From the IMG/VR virus record IMGVR_UViG_3300028048_000091, positions 42,705 through 106,704 of that record: 64,000 nucleotides of DNA, one strand, 5' to 3'. Shown here one piece after another: positions 59,071 through 64,000 of this stretch (its first letter is position 1; each line of letters starts with the position of its first letter). The DNA is from a virus (Duplodnaviria; Caudoviricetes). The position numbers and the translations under genes were made by a program. Below the pieces are notes generated by a model that did not search any database, had not been told where the DNA came from, and saw only the letters and a program-made list of their open reading frames with translations.

Positions 59071-59305
59071 TTGTATCATTTTTTTCCACAAGGCACTTAT
59101 ATGCCTTATCAAACACTGCATTTCCAATTGCTACTGCTTTGTCGAAATTAAGCCATAGCAAGTAAAGGATAAAAATCCCTAAAATTGTCTTAACTATTTT
59201 ACTCATATACTACTGAATATTGCATATAATACACTACCAACAAGGAACAATCCCAGTAAGATAGTGAAAATATTAATTAATATATCTTTCTTTTTCATAT
59301 AGCAC

Positions 59306-59728
59306 TTAATGAAAGTTTAAAATTCCAGTAACATAAATTGGTTGTAAATCAATCCACTTAGTAATTGATTTGGCCTCCTTTGGATTGTGATAGTTATATA
59401 CTGAAATAACACATACGCAATCTTTGTCTTGAATTGTAGGTATATCACAAGTACATTGGAATGCCATGACATGATTATCCCAGCCAAATCTTGTTAATTT
59501 AATATCAATCTTTTCACCTTCAAATTCCTTGTACTTCTGTAAGATGAAATTAACTAACTCTTTATCAAAATGTTTTACATCGAAATCCCTCAATAGAACA
59601 ACCTTATCAAGAAGAACTTCTGATTTAGTCTTACCTTGGAAACAAGCAACGTTAGGCAAAATTTCCAATAGCCACGTCCGGCTGTCCTCTGTCAAATCTA
59701 AACTGATGTATTTGAAATCTGTTTTCAT
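59306..59728 (-). CDS. Hypothetical protein
   Basis: 140-aa ORF. Confidence 0.55.
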   Translation of the reverse strand: MKTDFKYISLDLTEDSRTWLLEILPNVACFQGKTKSEVLLDKVVLLRDFDVKHFDKELVNFILQKYKEFEGEKIDIKLTRFGWDNHVMAFQCTCDIPTIQDKDCVCVISVYNYHNPKEAKSITKWIDLQPIYVTGILNFH

Positions 59729-59760
59729 TTTAATTAATTTTTAGTTTTTTTTTTCTGCTA

Positions 59761-59844
59761 TAGGTACCTAGGACCTAATACTATAGAAAAATTTTATTTT
59801 TAATAATAAAATTTTATTAAAATAACTTAAGGTACCTAGGTCCT
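59761..59844. repeat. AGGTACCTAGG repeats flanking an A/T tract
   Basis: TAGGTACCTAGGACCT...AAGGTACCTAGGTCCT. Confidence 0.7.
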
Positions 59845-60077
59845 GGCTCAATAGTAAATCAGTCCTATTTCGTTCCATTCTTCATCACATTCAGCCACAT
59901 AGACAAGTTCTATATCAACATGACCTACATCAGCATAGTCTATACCTTCAGATGCAAGATACTTTGCCCATTCCAAGGCTTTCTCATCATTTTCGGATGA
60001 AAAGTAGTCCGAATCCGGATAATGTTTCTCACCATCAATAACACATTCGTAATCTGCTCTATATTTCTTCATATTCC

Positions 60078-60392
60078 TTATAGAAATCCGGTCATAAAAT
60101 GTTCTTTATACTCCTTATACGTTATTTTACCCTTATGGTTTATGAAAGCGTCAATATAGTTTGCATTATCCTTATCATCAGACAAAGCCAACTCATTGCC
60201 ACTAAGTGCTTCAAGTCTCAAATCCGGTGGCTCATTGAAGAACTCATCCGGCTCAAAGTCGGAAAAATCTATTTTATCTTTAATGATTTCAGCAGCCAAC
60301 TTCTTCTGTGCTTCATCCAAATTATGCTCCGCTTCTGTTATTTTCCCAATTAACCTCTCATATTTGTCCATAAACTCATTTTTAAGGCTCAC
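60078..60392 (-). CDS. Hypothetical protein
   Basis: ORF in a co-oriented run. Confidence 0.5.
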   Translation of the reverse strand: MSLKNEFMDKYERLIGKITEAEHNLDEAQKKLAAEIIKDKIDFSDFEPDEFFNEPPDLRLEALSGNELALSDDKDNANYIDAFINHKGKITYKEYKEHFMTGFL

Positions 60393-60949
60393 AGAGCCGT
60401 TTTATATGTTCAGATGATAAACTATGCCTTTTAATAAAAATAATGCGTTAGGAACGATTTTTTGATATAGTAAGACCGCCTTGTTGCTCTTTCGTTTCAA
60501 ACTTTGCAATTTCAGTACAATAATCCTTCTTCTGTTCTATGTTAAAGGCATTATCCCTGTCTTTTTCAGTGGCAAATAGTCTAACTTTTGGTATCTCATA
60601 CCATTCCATTGCATCATCATACCATCCATCACGTTTTTTAGTGATAATTGCATACCCGTATATCATAATACTTAATTATTGATATTAATTATTTTCCACT
60701 TTAGTCCAGACAAACATTGTATCAGAGCCATCACCATAATTTGCACCATCAGCACAAAAGAAAAACTCATTAGGCTGCGTAAGGTCTACTTCATAGAAAT
60801 GATAGGTACAAGCATGGATAGTATCTTCCTTTGTGAAAAACTCTACTGCTTGGTCATAAGACATCTTACCAATTGCCATAAGGTCATAATAGTAAGACGG
60901 ATTTACACTTGCTGAAAAAATAGTTACTTTCATATTGATTATTTTTTTA

Positions 60950-61297
60950 TTATCTATTAAAATCAAATCTCCAATAAGGATAACCAGTCGCGGCATTCTC
61001 ATAACGTAAAATACGTACAAGAGTTAAGTTCTCATTATCAAGCATTATACGTAAAAATTTCTCAACATCTTCCGGATGGCGGTCTGAATAGAACGCTTGT
61101 CCTTGATTACCCCATATCTTCTGACACGTCTCATTATACTTCTTGCTATCCCATCCGTAAAGTCGGTCAGAATATACAGAATCACTTGCATTTTCAGTAT
61201 TACCAAAACCGTATTGAATAATACCGCCATCATATTTGGCAAAATCATAATCAATCATAACACCATTGCCATCGAAATAAATTACTTCTTCAAACAT
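60950..61297 (-). CDS. Hypothetical protein
   Basis: VYSDRLYGWD...TGYPYWRF; follows promoter at 61322. Confidence 0.6.
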   Translation of the reverse strand: MFEEVIYFDGNGVMIDYDFAKYDGGIIQYGFGNTENASDSVYSDRLYGWDSKKYNETCQKIWGNQGQAFYSDRHPEDVEKFLRIMLDNENLTLVRILRYENAATGYPYWRFDFNR

Positions 61298-61321
61298 ATA
61301 TTACTTTTTAAATTGACACTG

Positions 61322-61376
61322 CAAAAGTAATAAAAAAAACCGAGACTACCAAATAATCTCGGTTAAAAGATGTTAA
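61322..61376 (-). promoter_or_regulatory. Fused terminator/promoter
   Basis: AACCGAGA/TCTCGGTT stem around TTTG, T-tract, then TACTTTTG. Confidence 0.8.
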
Positions 61377-61892
61377 TCACTCAGTTAAATCTTCAAAATT
61401 ATGGCTATTTACCCTAACCTTCTTTCTTTTTCGGTTTTCCTTATACATCTTCTTCTGTTCTTTTTTCACTTCCTCCCAGTATTGTTCCTCTTTCTTAGTG
61501 CCGACATAATCAGTTGTATAAGTCGTAGTTACCTCACCATTATCATTATATGATGTTGTATAGGTGGTATGATATACCGGTTTTCTTGTTTCTGAATGTG
61601 TATCAAGATAACTCTTTACAAGAAATACTTCATCACTTCTTCCATCTGTTGAAAAACGTTTAGTACCGTCATTTGCATTAGCGTTCTGTGCAACCGATTG
61701 CCGTTGGTACTGATTGTTTTCCCTTATAAAATTGCGATAATGGGAAGGACGATATACACTCCTATCAGAAAATGTACGAGAGAAATCAGGAATGTAGCCA
61801 TAAGGTCTGGTGGACACATAATAAGACGGTCCACAACTTGTAAGTAACAGAATACTAACAAGACTGAATGTAAATACAAATAGTTTTCTCAT
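61377..61892 (-). CDS. Putative lipoprotein
   Basis: MRKLFVFTFSLVSILLLTSC lipobox. Confidence 0.6.
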   Translation of the reverse strand: MRKLFVFTFSLVSILLLTSCGPSYYVSTRPYGYIPDFSRTFSDRSVYRPSHYRNFIRENNQYQRQSVAQNANANDGTKRFSTDGRSDEVFLVKSYLDTHSETRKPVYHTTYTTSYNDNGEVTTTYTTDYVGTKKEEQYWEEVKKEQKKMYKENRKRKKVRVNSHNFEDLTE

Positions 61893-62211
61893 ATTAATTA
61901 ATTTTACAATAATCTTCGAACTTATCACTCTTATTATTATAACATTCACACATAGATATATCTGCTAACGCTAAGAATATAAATTTTAGCCAATACTTAA
62001 TCTTATTCATGCTAATTATTACGTTTTAACAGAATTAACGCATACTCTGACAATTCCTCTATCTGTTCATCTGTCAGTCTTTCCAACATTTCCGAACCCG
62101 TGAAATCATCAATTGACACATCAGGAAGAAAATTATCCATCACATAGTCATACAACAGAATGGAATTAATTGAATTATCTTCTCTGATTGCGGTTTCAAT
62201 AACACCTAAAT

Positions 62212-62463
62212 TTAATCCTCTGAACATGGCTCAATGTAATTAGGTTCATCATCATAGTTTTCCAACACATAAGTAAGCAACTTATCACGATTTTTGCGGT
62301 CTAAGTCACAATACAACTTATTGACATCACCATTAAATTTACTTCTGATATGTGCCATCAATAAAGGTTGGTCATGCCAAACTTGTTCAATAAAACGATG
62401 GGGATAATTGAATGTGAAAAATATCCACTTGTTAATTGCCTTTTTGTCTGTTAAGTTTGCCAT
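62212..62463 (-). CDS. Hypothetical protein
   Basis: Follows promoter at 62493. Confidence 0.55.
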   Translation of the reverse strand: MANLTDKKAINKWIFFTFNYPHRFIEQVWHDQPLLMAHIRSKFNGDVNKLYCDLDRKNRDKLLTYVLENYDDEPNYIEPCSED

Positions 62464-62564
62464 ACTATATATACTCCTTTAATTTGATGACACAAAGTTA
62501 GTGAAAAAAACGCAGACTACCAAAAAATTTTAGTTAAACTGCGTTAAAGAACTGTTAATGTGTG

Positions 62565-63281
62565 TTAATCTTTAAGTGCTTCCGGATTTATGAGTTTATC
62601 ATCAATCCTATAAAGCATAGTTCTGTATTCATCGTTTTGTTTAAGCCAAGTCTTAATACCATTCATAATAGCCCCCAAGATATGTTTATCTGTACCGAAC
62701 TTGCCTACACCGGCAAGATATGTACGCATATCCTCGTCATTGAGCAAATCCCATGAGCCACAAGTAGGATAGTTCAGACAGAACTTATCTTCACCATTTC
62801 TGCATTCGTAGTCAATTGAGAAATCGTAAGAACGCTTGACAAGTGGTTTACCATCTTTATCGTAACCCTTAACATAACAGATACGCATCCATCTGCCCAT
62901 CCGTCCGACTTCCCATCCCTTACCTAAGTAATCCTCGATGATACCGGAAATATAATTCCTTGCACTTGTCTCAATCTCCTTAATCTTATCAGTAAGACTT
63001 GTACGTCTTGCCAAAAGACCTGACTTATACTTCTCACCTTCCGGTGTCTTGAAATATTCCTCCCTTTTTAGTTCTTTCCTAACAGAAGCGATACCATTTT
63101 TCATACAAGTAATATCATGCTCCAATACAGAGGTCTTTGATTTCCGTACATTATGGTCAAACACACGGCCATTCAGATACTCGTCAGTCAGTTCAACAAC
63201 CTTATCAGTCTCACCTTTAAGGGTATAATACTCATTCTTCAACTCAAGGTACTCCTTGTAAAGTTTCTGCTTTGTTGTCAT
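62565..63281 (-). CDS. Hypothetical protein
   Basis: Start MTTKQK downstream of the promoter at 63313. Confidence 0.65.
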   Translation of the reverse strand: MTTKQKLYKEYLELKNEYYTLKGETDKVVELTDEYLNGRVFDHNVRKSKTSVLEHDITCMKNGIASVRKELKREEYFKTPEGEKYKSGLLARRTSLTDKIKEIETSARNYISGIIEDYLGKGWEVGRMGRWMRICYVKGYDKDGKPLVKRSYDFSIDYECRNGEDKFCLNYPTCGSWDLLNDEDMRTYLAGVGKFGTDKHILGAIMNGIKTWLKQNDEYRTMLYRIDDKLINPEALKD

Positions 63282-63384
63282 GTCTTTAATCTCCTTTATT
63301 TGTTTGATGATGCAAAGGTACAAAGAATATTTCAATCTGCCAAACAATTTTACTTAATAAATGTGAAACAGTCGTTAAAAGATA

Positions 63385-63789
63385 TTAAACGTCATATTTC
63401 TTAATTTCTTCTTTCTGTTTCTTAATAAGTTCCTTGCAGCTATCAATCTTCATTAAGGCAATACCAATTTCGGCTTGATTATCCTTAATCTTATCCAGAA
63501 GCATATTATAGATTTTCCTCTTTGCATCAATTTCAGTCGTGAAAACATCATAATAAGTCTTGTCTGCATCACGACTTACCAAATTAATCTTGAATTCACC
63601 TTCTTTTTCCGGAGAATTAGGTACTTTCTCTGCAATAGTAATTGTCACAGACTTATCAGATGGATATTCCACCTTACTGGCATGTCCTTCAAAAATTGAT
63701 GGTATGTCACCATATTCAATGATATACAGAACATCACCTACTTTAACATCACCAAATGTCTTATACTTTCTTTCCATAATAATTAACAA
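63385..63789 (-). CDS. Hypothetical protein
   Basis: KTFGDVKVGDVLY start. Confidence 0.6.
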   Translation of the reverse strand: MLIIMERKYKTFGDVKVGDVLYIIEYGDIPSIFEGHASKVEYPSDKSVTITIAEKVPNSPEKEGEFKINLVSRDADKTYYDVFTTEIDAKRKIYNMLLDKIKDNQAEIGIALMKIDSCKELIKKQKEEIKKYDV

Positions 63790-63946
63790 TTAATTTTTAT
63801 TGCATAACCCTTACTAACGTATTCTTCTATTTCTTCAAGTGAAAAAACTTCAACAGACTTAAATGTTGGTGTATAATCGTTAAAATATGTCATACCAAGA
63901 CCAATTCTGGCATTCTTCATATCACTTTCATACATCATCTGTTTCC

Positions 63947-63990
63947 GTCAATAACCCCTCCCTAAAGTGAGGGGCTTGTGCAAAGAACGT
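63947..63990. mobile_element. IS200/IS605-type end hairpin
   Basis: GTCAATAACCCCTCCCTAAAGTGAGGGGCTTG at the window edge. Confidence 0.65.
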
Positions 63991-64000
63991 TAATTCTTTT

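Noticed and set aside
1-64000. Lak-type TAG-to-Gln recoding
   Set aside because: Long genes are intact in the standard code, and TAG ends genes right before the next start or promoter (2953, 25623, 54160)

Overview
AT-rich, gene-dense segment of a large lytic (jumbo-type) phage infecting Bacteroidales, probably Prevotella/Bacteroides-like. About 17 Bacteroidetes housekeeping promoters (TTTG-N19/20-TAnnTTTG) drive dozens of short minus-strand genes, TAG is used as stop, and no capsid or replisome genes are seen. Recognisable cargo: metK behind a SAM-II riboswitch, a T3-type SAM lyase, three DNA methyltransferases, an MjaI-like nuclease, fmt, CCA-adding enzyme, YqeY, a 5'-nucleotidase, a complete ABC transporter with an OmpA-fused binding protein, an amidase endolysin, a DGR-type target gene, two TnpB elements plus mini IS ends, and two collinear paralogous blocks of modular ORFs. 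Best candidate for an undescribed system is a SAM destroy-then-restore module at 8.1-11.9 kb: a putatively virion-packaged SAM lyase and ART-like protein with a shared leader peptide, an orphan TnpB omega-RNA-like leader, and a riboswitch-controlled phage MetK. A ~200-nt tRNA-like RNA and palindromic promoter-like sites before both adhesin-like genes also merit checking. All assignments are by-eye motif recognition; no searches were run.
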